NCBI GenBank assembly: GCA_951406725.2
Contig: OX597835.1
Coordinates: 13,578,001 to 13,642,000, forward strand
Direction: 5' to 3'
Origin: Octopus vulgaris
Taxonomy: Eukaryota
DNA length: 64,000 nucleotides
In this document: one piece after another, positions 41,532-54,756 of the stretch
Numbering within the stretch: the first letter of the stretch is position 1
Layout of the letters: each line of letters begins with the position of its first letter
The notes under the pieces: model-generated
What the model saw: the letters and a program-made list of their open reading frames with translations, nothing else
Database searches by the model: none
Told to the model about the DNA's origin: nothing
Program-made: the position numbers and the translations under genes

Positions 41532-44500
41532 CACGACAGGCGTCTTTCAGTTTCCGTCTACCAAATCCACTCACAAGGCTTTGGTCGGCCCGAGGCTACA
41601 GTAGAAGACACTTGCCCAAGGTGCCACGCAGTGGGACTGAACCCGGAACCATGTGGTTGGTAAACAAGCTACTTACCACACAGCCACTCCTGCGCCATTT
41701 ATTATTTTATTAAACTTTTCATTATTTTCAAAATTAATTGAAACAAAGACAGTCAGTTCCAACAGAAAAATGGTAACAAAAAGGTTAAATTCACTTGTCT
41801 TTAAGTAGCACCAGTTTAAATGATTCTTTAAATCTTTCGCTGTTTTCAGTCATTGGACTGTTGCCATTCTGGAGTACTGCTTTCAGTCATTTTAAGTTGA
41901 TCATATTGACTTATTTTAATCTTGTATTTCTTCTGTCAATCTCTTTTTATTGAATTCCGAGATTAGAAGACTTAAAACTAACCAACACCTGTTTTGAGAC
42001 CACAAGCATCACCACCATACACACCAATACAAAGATGCACACACATATACATGCATGTGTCGGTGGCATGTAAAAAGCACCATCCGAACGTGGCCGTTGC
42101 CAGCGCTGCCTTGGCTGGCTTCCGTGCCGGTGGCACGTGGACATTAAATGATGATGTGTGTGTGTGTGCATGTATGCCTGTATATACATATATGTACATA
42201 CACACACATATGTACTCAAGTCTTTATGTCTTGTTTCAATCATTCGGTTACGGCCATGCTGGTGCACCACCTTGGCAGAGAAGAAGATGAATGCGGGGGT
42301 GCCATGATAGTAGTATGTTAAATGGTCATGTGCCCTGAGAGTGACCCTTTGCGGATGGTAGTAGTGATTGAATTCTTGAGACATCTCTTTTGAATGTTTT
42401 TTTTTATAAAATTTGCGTCAGTGTTATTCTAAACGGCACTATATTAAAAGGCTTCTGTACAATTTCCATCTAAGTATCAGTTAAACTTTCCCAGCATGTT
42501 GTGCAGAGGAATTGAACCCAGGATTATGTGGAGGCAAGGCAAACTTCTTAAACCTCACTGCCATGCCTTCACCCCTATAAAAATTTCAGTTTACCAGTTC
42601 TCATAACAACAGAGTAATATCTGGAATCAACCACAAGAGGAAACGGTAAAAACAAATAAAGATGAATCTCATAACACGCAGCGAACACTTAAAAGGAAAT
42701 GTATTCCTTTTGGCAATTGCTGGATATTATTGGAGAACTAAAACATTTACTGAAGGATTCTTTATTGTTTTTCCTATACGGATTCTCTTATATTTCAAAT
42801 CCAATGTCAATAACGGTCCTAAAATATATATGATGAAATCCAGAACTGTAATTCTTCACTGTAAAATTATGATGCAGAATTTGTCAAACTCTGGTTAGAT
42901 TTCGCTGCTAAAACTCAATCTGTGTTTGGTGATATATACCAGCTAAATGCCAAAAGTCTGTAACATTCTCCTATGTGTAGAAATATTAAACTGTTGACCC
43001 ATTGAAGGAGCTTGTACATGTTCTCTTGACCTGGTGAAAAATAGCAGCTAAATCTCCCTCAAATCATACCTTTCTGTAGTTGGGTTTTTCTTTTTTGATT
43101 CTCTTTTTTTTTAACCAATTAGTACAGGAGGGAAGGTCAGCTTTTGGAATTCTTTATATTCTTAGGGACTCTGAGACTGATGCAAGGATTAGATGAAGGT
43201 ATCCTCAGAAACTTGAGGCCTGACCCAAAGTTTTTCCACTGAAAAAGTTCTTCAAAAAGCACTCAAGGGCTGGGAGGGAGGTAATGTTGCATGGGGCAAC
43301 AGATTAAGTTTGCAGCTCCAAGAACTCAGAATGCAAGGGGCCTTCATTGAAAAAACACACAGATTAGATGATGTAGACATAGATACACAATCCCTTTAAA
43401 AAGAAAATGGTGATGGTCACATGTGGGATGGCAAAATATCAATGACAACAATATTAGAATGTTAATTTTTTATCTTTTACTTGTTTCAGTCAGTGAACTA
43501 TGTCCATACTGGAGCTTCACCCTGAAGGGTTTTTTTTCTTTTATAGTCAGACAAATCAACCCTAGCATCTATGGTACCTGTTCTATCAATCTCCACTAAA
43601 TTAAGGGGACATAAACAATCAACACTGGTTGTCAGGCATTGGTAGGCAGAACACACACACACACATATATACATGTGTGTGTGTCAGATGTTTTTAACCT
43701 TCCATGAAATATTCTGAAGTGTAGTCTGTTCATTATGTTACAGCACAATTGTATTTAAGAGTATGTATATATACTTATACGTATATTCATTTATAGATGT
43801 CTGACAAATGATGTTGAACTTCTATAACTAAGACAGATTACGAAATGGCTTCAAGCTAGTGGAATAAACATCTATTCTCTCACTTCAATTCTCTTTCAAT
43901 TTATGTATGAGCTTCCACACAACTTGCATCTCCCAAAATCGCTCACAAGGCACTGGTTGGCCCAGGGCTTTGTTAGAGGATCCTTCCCCAAGGTGTCACA
44001 CAATGGGACTGAACCCAAAACCATGTGGCTGCTAATGCTGAACTGTTATAGACACAGGAAAACCAATTTCTCAAACAGTGTCAACATAAACACACATCAT
44101 CATCAGTATCGCCATCATCATCATTTTACATCTGCTTTCCGTACTGGCATAGGTTGGAGGAATCATGCCAAACATGTGTTTTGTGGAGATTTCTATGGCT
44201 CGGTGCCTTTCCGAACACCAACCACTTTGCAGAATGTATCAAAAGCATTTATTTATCTCTTGGTTTTTTTTTTTTGGGTTTTTTTTTTTTTTTGGTTTTT
44301 TTTTTGGGTTTTTTTTTTTGGGGGGGGGGTTTATGCCACCTGCCCTACAGAGTTTGCCAAGGCACTCAGCAAGAGTAAATAGCCCCCTCAGCTTATTCAC
44401 CAACCAGCTTATAGAACTTTGGTTGCTTCTAAACCTATTTCTTTACTACCCACAAGGGGCTAAACACAGAGGGGACAAACAAGGCAAGACATAGGTATTA

Positions 44501-45834
44501 AGTCGATTACATCGACCCCAGTGCGTAACTGGTACTTAATTTATCGACCCCGAATGGATGAAAGGCAAAGTCGACCTCGGCGGAATTTGAACTCACAACG
44601 TAACGGCAGACGAAATACCGCTAAGCTTTTCGCCCGGTGCACTAACGCTTCTGCCAGCTCGCCGCCTTTTGCTTCTAAACCGCTGCCCCTCCACCCTTGC
44701 GGCACCAACCAGCACCAGTGAATTAGCTTACCATGTCACACGCAAAAGACTAAACAGCCTTGATGACTGAAAGACTGACCAGGAGAGACAGAGACACACA
44801 AATAGACAGAGAGAGAGACAGGAGAGGAGAAGAGGAAGATGACAAGTGAGGCATTGAGAAGAGTTAAAGTATGTGGGGGTGGAACAGGTTAATTGTTGTG
44901 AGAGGAGAGAGAGAGAGAGATAGGGGTCAGTGTTAGGTGAGGAGTGTAATTAACCCTTTAGCATTCAGATTAAGTCAGCTTTAATCTAATTAAGTCAAAT
45001 CCCGTGCAGTAAAATCTAATGCTTAATTCGAATAGTTTAGAATTAATCATGCATTACCTCATAGCTTTGAGATTTTGATGTGGTTGTTTATTTTTAGAAT
45101 GATATTGTGGGGTGGTGCTCCAGCATAGCCACAATTAAATGACTGAAACAAGTAGAAGAATATATATATATATATATATATAGGCGCAGGAGTGGCTGTG
45201 TGGTAAGTAGCTTGTTTACCAACCACATGGTTCCGGGTTCAGTCCCACTGCGTGGCACCTTGGGCAAGTGTCTTCTGCTATAGCCCCGGGCCGACCAATG
45301 CCTTGTGAGTGGATTTGGTAGACGGAAACTGAAAGAAGCCTGTCGTATATATGTATATATATATATATGCGTGTGTGTGTTTTTGTGTCTGTGTTTGTCC
45401 CCCTAGCATTGCTTGACAACCGATGCTGGTGTGTTTATGTCCCCGTCACTTAACGGTTCGGCAAAAGAGACCGATAGAATAAGTACTGGGCTTACAAAGA
45501 ATAAGTCCCGGGGTCGAGTTGCTCGACTAAAGGCGGTGCTCCAGCATGGCCGCAGTCAAAATGACTGAAACAAGTAAAAGAGTAAAGAGTAAATATATAT
45601 ATATATATATATCAGAGAGAGAGAGAGAGAGAGAGCACTGAAATCTACAAGATTTTTTCATTTTCTCTCTGTTTATTTTCTCTTATTCCTCTCTGTAGAA
45701 GAGCTTAGACTCGAAACATAAAAGACTTTTTCATTTTTCCTGAGCATCAAACTAATACACTTGCTTGTTGTTCATACACCTGTCTTCATCTTTTGTTTCT
45801 CTATAAATTTCAATTATATATATACATATATACT

Positions 45835-45886
<52 letters not shown>

Positions 45887-46596
45887 CCCGGAAACAGCTG
45901 TAAGACCTTCTCTTTACGCTTTTACTCTTTTACATGTTTCAGTCATTTGACTGCGGCCATGCTGGAGCACCGCCTTTAGTCGAGCAAATCGACCCCGGGA
46001 CTTATTCTTTGTAAGCCCAGTACTTATTCTATCGGTCTCTGTTGCCGAACCGCTAAGTGACGGCGACGTAAACACACCAGCATCGGTTGTCAAGCAATGC
46101 TAGGGGGACAAACACAGACACACAAACACATACATACATATATATATATACGACAGGCTTCTTTCAGTTTCCGTCTACCAAATCCACTCACAAGGCATTG
46201 GTCAGTCCGGGGCTATAGCAGAAGACACTTGCCCAAGATGCCACGCAGTGGGACTGAACCCGGAACCATGTGGTTGGTTAGCAAGCTACTTACCACACAG
46301 CCACTCCTCTTTATAAATGTTCTGAAAACTATTGACAGCCTTGAATTTTTTAATCTCATTCTGTTGATTATTATATATATCTATGCATGCTAATACACGC
46401 CCCACATTGGACTCCTCATTCGTATCATTATCAAACCTGGTCTATCCATAGCACTTACTCAGTGCTATCTGACTTTTTGGTTCTTCTTGACACAAATACC
46501 TCTCATACCCTTGATATATACATATATACATGCACACACACACACATATATATATTACATACACATATATATATACATACATACGTTCACATATAT

Positions 46597-46649
<53 letters not shown>

Positions 46650-46845
46650 AGTAGTTGAATGAATTATCTTATTAAGGATAATTCGAAAGATAACCGATAC
46701 CTGGGTAGCAAATTCACATCAGAAAGAACACGGTTGAAGCTACGTCCCTAGGGCATAGACTACGTGTCTTCGTGCGGAAATTTGTATGTTTATTTTAAAA
46801 TTATAAGTAAATGAAGAATGGAGTTGAACGACTAGTTAACAAATA

Positions 46846-46942
46846 TCCTTTATTCTTGACATATGTTTCGAAGGCTGCATATTCCTAATTCCGAAGGAAT
46901 AAGGAGTACATTATGCACATTTCTCATCAGGAAAATCAAGGA
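46846..46942 (-). ncRNA. Antisense copy of the same hammerhead motif with two stem-weakening substitutions
   Basis: Core intact, but GTC is followed by A (loses the first stem I pair) and there is a C>G change in stem II. Confidence 0.65.
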
Positions 46943-47740
46943 ACTTATGTCGACATCAAAATGCACAAAAAACTTTTAGCTGACCGCTCTCAAGGAGCCC
47001 ATGGCGATAATGAGTGTCTCTTTATAAGGAGTGACGTCAGAGTGGCTGAATGTAGAAGAATCTAGAGGGTTCTAATTCTGAACTTTTTCATATTTTGTTC
47101 GCCAAAGTCCCTTTAATAAATACAATCGTCGAAAGATCCTACAGGTGTTTACACTGGAAAAGACACACCTTTCACTCATATAAATAGTGACTAATATAGA
47201 TAACCCCTCGATTTCCCAAAAAATTTTTTTTATATTTCACTCCAATAGTCAAAAAGATTTTCTTATATTCCCAATTACTACTATCCATTCTTCCGTTGCC
47301 TCTCACCTCGCCCGATTCTTTCTCCCTTTCGCTATCTACTTTCCTTTCTCTACAGTAAACATAATCGAACACACAGACACAGACCTCTCACCTCACAGCT
47401 GTCAGTTTTCTGACATCTACCCATCCACAAACACAATCACGCATTCAGACACACACATACACACATTAAGACAGTTATATACAGTCACACACACAGGCAC
47501 TCATTCATAAAAGAAATCATTTAAACCCACCATTCTTTTGACCTGCACTCTCTCACCTTACTATTCTTATGCCTCCCTCCTCCTACTTCGTTTGAACCCT
47601 TGAACCTTTAGAACCTTCTAGATTCTTCTACATTCAGCCACTCTGACGTCACTCCTTATAAAGAGACACTCATTATAGCCATGGGCTCCTTGAGAGCGGT
47701 CAGCTAAAAGTTTTTTGTGCATTTTGATGTCGACATAAGT

Positions 47741-47837
47741 TCCTTGATTTTCCTGATGAGAAATCTGCATAATGTACTCCTTATTCCTTCGGAATTAGGA
47801 ATATGCAGCCTTCGAAACATATGTCGAGAATAAAGGA
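47741..47837 (+). ncRNA. Type I hammerhead ribozyme motif with minimal palindromic stem III
   Basis: Stem I tccttgattttc/gagaataaagga; core CTGATGA 47753-47759; stem II gaa..ctgcata/tatgcag..ttc; GAAA 47814-47817; stem III A-CATATG-T; predicted cleavage after GTC at 47825. Confidence 0.8.
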
Positions 47838-48204
47838 TATTTGTTAACTAGTCGTTCAACTCCATTCTTCATATACTTATATATATATATATTTATATAT
47901 ATATATATATATGTCAGTAAAGTGGTTGGCTATTTGAAGGGCATCCACCTGTAGAAACCAACCCAGAACAGACTATGGAACCTGGTGTGGTTGTTGCAAA
48001 GTGGGGGACAAACACAAAGACCCATGCACTGACACAGAAATACATATAGGCAACAGGCTTCCGCACAGTTTCCATCTACCGAATTCACCCACAGGGCATC
48101 AGTGAAGCTGGGGCTATAATAGAAGACACTTGACCATGGTGATGCACAGTGGGACTGAACCTGAAACCCCCATGATTCCAAAGCTAGCTTTTTAACTATA
48201 CAGC

Positions 48205-48237
<33 letters not shown>

Positions 48238-49104
48238 CCTAATTCTGTCTTTGTTACATGTGCAAGATGGATAAAGTAAGATTTTAAATGCTTACAAAGA
48301 TTCAATATAGTGTGGTTTATTTCTTTTCTTGTGTACAGATCAATACACTTATGGTGTTTCTTCATTTGTTCTTTGATTTGTAAACCAAATACTTCTAAAC
48401 ACTGTGCGTGTCACATACCTGGTCGTAACGTGTGCACACGTATGTGAGAGTATGTATGAGAGGTATGTGAACAGAGCCAGTTGTAACAAACTGCGTGCAT
48501 AAGTATAAGAAAGGACATCTTTGATTAGCTGTTGTCTATAACAAACAGAAACATATTGACTTATATTTGCATTTGATGTTGTTCTTTTAGAAGGTTAATT
48601 AATCGGCTTGGAGAAGCTTCCGAGTGTAAATTCAAAATACCATCGTTAATTTTATTTACTATTTCAGTATTGGTTTCTTGTTTTCTTTCTCACCACACAC
48701 AGACACACACACACACACACACACAGAGGCATGGCTGTGTGGTAAGAAGTCTGCTTCCCAACCACGTGGCTCTGGGTTCAGTCCCACTGTGTGTCTTCTA
48801 CCAAAACTTTGTAAGTGGATTTGCTTGACAGAAACTGAAAGAAGCATATCATATATATATATATATATATATACTCTTTTACTTGTTTCAGTCATTAGAC
48901 TGTGGCCATGCTGGAGCACCACCTTTAGTCGAGCAAATCAACCCCAGGACTTGTTCTTTGTAAGCCTAGTACGTATTCTATCAGTCTCTTTTGCTGAACC
49001 ACTAAGTTACAGGGATGTATACACACCAACATTGGTTGTCAAGTGATGTTGGGGGGACAAACAGACACACAAACGTATACACACACACACATATATATAT
49101 ACAT

Positions 49105-49141
<37 letters not shown>

Positions 49142-51090
49142 CACACACATATATACGAAGGGCTTCTTCCAGTTTCTGTCTGCCAAATCCACTCAAAAGG
49201 CTTTGGTCAGCCCAAGGCTATAGTAGAAGACACTTGCCCAAGGTGCCACGCAGTGGGACTGAACCCAGGACCATGTGGTTCGTAAACAAGCTACTTACCA
49301 CACAGCCACTCTTATATATCTTCATCATCATCATCATTGTTTAATGTCTGTTTTCCTTGCTGGCATGGGTTGGACAGTTTGATAGAAGATGGCAAACCAG
49401 AGAGCAGTCCAGGCTCTAATGTCCGTTATGGCAGGGTTTCTACAGCTGGATGCCCTTCCTAACACCAACCATTTTACAGAGTGTGCTGGGTGCCTTTTAC
49501 ATGCAACTGGCACAACCAAGATACCTTGTGCCTTGCTGTAATCAAGGAGACCCTTCCTCCACAGCAGGAGTATTTCAACCCCACTCCACCCTGGTGAAGA
49601 GGATTGGCCTTTGCTACATAAAAGCACCCAGAACACTGTAAAGTGGTTGGCATTAGGAAGGCCGTCCAGCAATAGAAACCGTACCAACTTAGACTGTCCT
49701 TGAGCAAAACATTTTATTTCACATTGCTCCAGTGCACTAAGCTGGCAAAAATGAGTACCTGTATTTCAAAGGGCCAGCCTTGTCACACTCTGTCTCTTCC
49801 TGAGAAACTACTTTAAGGATACACGTGTCTGTGGAGTGCTCAGCCACTTGCATATTAATTTCACGAGCAAGCTGTTCCATTGATTGTATCTGCTGGGACT
49901 CACACTGTCATAACCGACAGAGTGCTCTTTGATGTATATATCATATATACATATATGTATGTGATATATATCATATATACATATATATATATATCATATA
50001 TATATATATGTGACATATATCATATATATATATGTGATATATATATATATATACATATATATGTGGTATATATCATACATATATAAACATATATAATTTG
50101 TGTGTGTGCATGTTACTACCTTGTTGCCTCCACATTGCATGATACTTGTGAGTGAATGTTACCCTCATGCAAGTAGACTTCTTTGTTTCTTATCTTCCAA
50201 GACACATCTAGTAAAGGGACAAAGATTACTTCACTTGGAAACAGGTGAGGGTTAAAGACAGGAAGAGCATCTAGCTTTAGAAGCTCTGCTTTAACAAATA
50301 CCATCTGACCCATACAAGCATGGGAAAGCAGACATTAAATTGATGATGATGATGATGACGACAATGGAAGCCATCTCCAATTTTTAAAGACTGCGTCGCA
50401 TTTTATATGCGTGTTTTCTGTTTTAATGAACCATAAAGTAATGCAAAACCATCGCATATGAAAATTCAGAATCTGTTTCTAAACACACACAAACGCATAT
50501 ACAAACACACGTGCACTCTGCAACTGCCACTACACACAAGTGGCTCTCTGCTCACGATTACAACAAAGGCTGTTCAAAGTATAATTAAGTACTTGTATCT
50601 GTTTTCAAGACACACAATGCAACATAAGGCCGCCCCACACACATTTTATGTTCGAAATTCTTCTACACTCTCTCTCTCTTTTCCTCGCTCGCATATACAA
50701 ATACACATTTGCATTTTGCAACTGGTGCTATGCAAGCAGTTCTCCGCTCACCATTTTACCAATGGCTGTTCAAAGCAGAAATTCAAGTACTTTTAATGAA
50801 TTCTTTCAGCGGAGATAATATCTATTGACATAGATATAAAATGTCAGCCTGTAGATGGTTTTGCAGGATCGGGTTCCCCTTCAGAATCAGATAATGCAGC
50901 AAGTGTAATATGCAGTTATCTACACTAATTAAATATGCCCTGATAAAATAGTTTTAATTTGAAGTGATTATATGAGCGTTATCTGTATCGTAGATGCACC
51001 TATCATCTGTTACCAAATTAATGAGGATAATAATATACGTACGGGCGTACGTGTGCGAGTGTTTGTGTGTGGGTGTGTATAGAAGTAAGC

Positions 51091-51354
51091 GTGTGTTTGA
51101 ACATGAGTAAGCATGAGTGTGTATGTGTGAGAGAGAGTGTGAGTGAACATGTGTCTAAGTGTGTATGTGTGATGTGTATGGAGATGAGAGAGGTAGTGAG
51201 TGCTGTGCACCAGTATATGTTTGTGTGTGTTTGAACATGAGTAAGCATGAGTGTGTATGTGTGAGAGAGAGTGTGAGTGAACATGTGTCTAAGTGTGTAT
51301 GTGTGATGTGTATGGAGATGAGAGGGGTTGTGAGTGCTGTGCACCAGTATATGT
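51091..51354. repeat. Two-copy tandem duplication, period ~134 bp
   Basis: gtgtgtttgaacatgagtaagc...gtgctgtgcaccagtatatgt occurs twice. Confidence 0.85.
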
Positions 51355-51779
51355 ATGTATGTGTGTGTGTGTGTCAGAAAGCGATTGAGCGAGCGAGAGA
51401 GAGAGGTGTGTGTGTAAATATTTCAGCTGTTCACAAAGACAAGCAACTAAAACCACTTCTTTACCAAATGTTGTCTAATTATTTTATCAATTGGAATCTC
51501 ACTACACATACCTGTTGTCATTTGCTGTTTTCAGTGGCAGTGGTTGTAGTGGTGGTGGTGGCATTAATAGTAGTGGTGACATTGTTCAGTCCCAAAACAG
51601 CCCTGGTTGAACATAAACCTATTATCAAAGACATTCCAACTGTGGCCACCCCCTCTCATGTTTCCTTTCTCTACAAGCCTAGTGCACCCCCATTTTACAT
51701 AATTGCAATCTGTCCTTCATTTTTGTAAGCCAGTAAGATTTGTTTGAAGGAGATTTAGTTTCTACTTCTAACAGGCAAA

Positions 51780-52740
51780 TCATCATCATCATCAAATGTC
51801 TATTTTCCATTCTGGCATTGGTTGGGTGGTTTGACGAGAGCTGGCAAGGCCAGGGGTCGCACCAGGCCCCATTACCTGTTTTCACATGGTTTCTATGGCA
51901 GGATGCCCTTCCTAATGCCAACCACTCCATAGAGTGTACTGGCTGCTTTTTTATGTGGCACCAGCACTTGTATCAATTCTGCTCTGGTGGATGGGTTTTC
52001 TTGAGTACACCAACACACCAGGTACCTCAGTCCTTGGTCATCTCCTTCATGAGGCTCAGTGTCTTGAAATCAGTCCTCAATACTTCATCCCCTGTCTTCC
52101 TAGGTCTCTTCCACAAGTTCCATCCACTTTTGTATGTCTAATGCCAACCACTTACCAGAGTGTACTGGGTGCTTTTTTTACATGCCACCAGTACAGGTGC
52201 ATTACCGCAGCATTGGTATGGATGCTTTTTTAAGTGGCACCGACACCTGAAAGGACCGGCCTGTTTGTGCGGAAGACAACGATTTTAATTAGCTTGATGT
52301 GTCTTATCATCATCACCATCATCATCATCCGCTTTCCATGCTGGCATGGGTTGGACGGTTCAACTGGGGCCTGGGAAGCCAGAAGGCTGCACCAGGCCCA
52401 GTCTGATCTGGCAATGTTTCTACGGCTGGATGCCCTTCCTAACGCCAAGTGCAGCAAGTCACCACATCTCCTGGTCCCTTGTTATTTCCTCAATGAGGCT
52501 CAGCATCCAATGATCCTTTTTCACCACTTCATCCCATATCTTCCTAGGTCTACTCCTTCCACAGGTACCCTCCATCCACAATTATAGCTTAGCACTTCTT
52601 TACGCAGCTGTCTACATCCATATGCATCACACAACCAAACCAGCATAGTCTTCTCTCTTGCATTTGGGCATCAAATTCCTCTTATACCCAACTTTTCCAT
52701 CAACACACTAGTGCTCTGTTGCTCATCCACTGGAACATAC
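51780..52740 (-). mobile_element. Nested RTE-clade LINE 3' ends
   Basis: 52450-52740 reads ...MQERRLCWFGCVMHMD...GRSRPRKIWDEVVKKD...DQEMW, the RTE C-terminal signature. The associated AGGAAGGGCATCCAG...(ATG)n tail recurs across the window. Confidence 0.8.
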
Positions 52741-54756
52741 TAGTTTCTTGTTGACTTGCGGGTGATATAAATTGACATTATTTAACCCCAGATGTTCTGA
52801 AGATGGTAAGAGTTTTCTGAGGAAGAATTAATTTAGCTCAACATTAACATTCTGTTTTTAGTTTTGTGTGAAAACCTGTTAACCTTGGTAGAACTTGAAC
52901 TCAGAACGCCAAAATGTTAACCACAAATCACTTCAGATGATGTTCAAAATTTCAGTGATGCGATTGTTTATTTTTAAAATTACAGTGTAGGGTAGGTTTG
53001 AGAGGTCAGATCCGGCCAGTTTGAATATAAAACTAACAGAATATTTTGGCTGAATATGCCTTGTTTATTAATTCACTTTTTATAGCCTTTTGAAGAATGT
53101 GTTTACATTCCTATTTAACCCACAGTAGGGCTTTGTAATATACATATAAATTTATCCCAGTATTTTTGATTGATGCTGTGTTATGCATCTTTAGAAGTAG
53201 CCATCAGCCACAAACAAGAATTACTTGGTAACGTGTACCAAGCTATCAGTAACTGTTGTTCTCCTGTGAAAGAATTTTGTATCTAAGAATAATTTTGGAT
53301 CTGGATTTCGGATTTAACTCCTATTATAGAAATACAATGGGTCTTGAATAAATTTTAAATTTTGCAATGATAAAACTTAACAATATCTTACAATAGAATT
53401 TGAATTTCATTTTATTTATTCTTTTGTGTAACATTTTGTATTCCAACAATGCTTCAGCCTATAAAGGAAATGTTTTGTATCTTAATTGAGTTTATTTCTT
53501 TTAAAAAGGTCATTTGTTAAGTTGCTTTAGGTGTTCGGTCTTTTAGATTCACCTCCAACATGTTTTCAGATTCTTGAAATGGTAAACAAAGCTATTTTCC
53601 TTCTATATTAATTCACTTTTTATAGCCTTTTGATAAAAACAGTGTTTGGTTTTTTTTTGCTTTTTTCAGTTTGTGGAATTTGCCTTATGTCTGATTGTTT
53701 GTAATTTTTTTAATAAAGACTATTTCCAAAAAGCCACAAGGGCATAGATATAGCCTTCAACTTTATTGGTGCCAACCCTCCTTAGCCCCCCCCCCTGTTC
53801 AACAGTAGAAACTTCCTGTTTTAAACTTCTGTGAATTGAAATCCATAAATATTTCATTTCCATTTACATTCCAAAAACCAGCTTTTACTCTTTTACTTGT
53901 TTCAGTCATTTGACTGCGGCCATGCTGGAGCACCACCTTTAGTCGAGCAAATCGACTCCAGGACTTATTCTTTGTAAGCCTAGTACTTATTTTATCGGTC
54001 TGTTTTGCCGAACCGCTAAGTTACGGGGACGTAAACACACCAGCATCAGTTGTCAAGCGATGTTGGGGGGGACAAACATGTACACACACGTACATATATA
54101 CGACGGGCTTCTTTCAGTTTCCGTTTACCAAATCCACTCACAAGGCTTTGGTCGGCCCGAGGATATAATAGAAGAGACTTGCCCAAGGTGCCACGCAGTG
54201 GGACTGAACCCGGAACCATGTGGTTGGTAAGCAAGCTACTTACCATGCAGCCACTCCTGCACCTTTTACATTTTTATAATTTCTGTTTGATTTACACTTG
54301 TCTATGTACATTAAGAAATGGAGTTTCCGTACGTTTTATATATATTTCATCAAATATTACAAGCAGCCAAACTTACTGTAACCATCATGGTATAGGTAGA
54401 AGTGAAACATTCTTTGTGGTGAGTTAAAAGGACCAAGCAAATACCTAACTGATGTGTCACTGAGCAACACACTCTTTTATATCTTAACTAAAAAGAAAAA
54501 TATAAAACCTTTATCAAAATAAATGTATTGAATGCAAAATACAGAAAATTATAAGGTATATGTCAAAATAAATCCTGATTATGCTTGAGTAATATACACC
54601 CACATATACAGAGAGAGACAGACAAACAGACACTCACACACCTTACTTATGCTGGATGAAGGAGAAAGGAGTGTTCAACACATAAGTTCTACAAAAACAT
54701 TGTCCATGTTAAAGTTGCTGGCCTTGAACTAAAATTTTAATCTTTTGTTGTTGTTG

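Larger units (their letters stand above)
46650..47881 (+). mobile_element. Penelope-like element with inverted terminal structure: 274-bp arms around an ORF C-terminus and 3' UTR
   Basis: 46802-47075 is the reverse complement of 47608-47881 with few mismatches. The spacer begins SNSELFHILFAKVPLINTIVERSYRCLHWKRHTFHSYK*, resembling the E..I....LN...E....C.H..K tail of PLE GIY-YIG domains. (TA)n on both sides. Confidence 0.8.
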
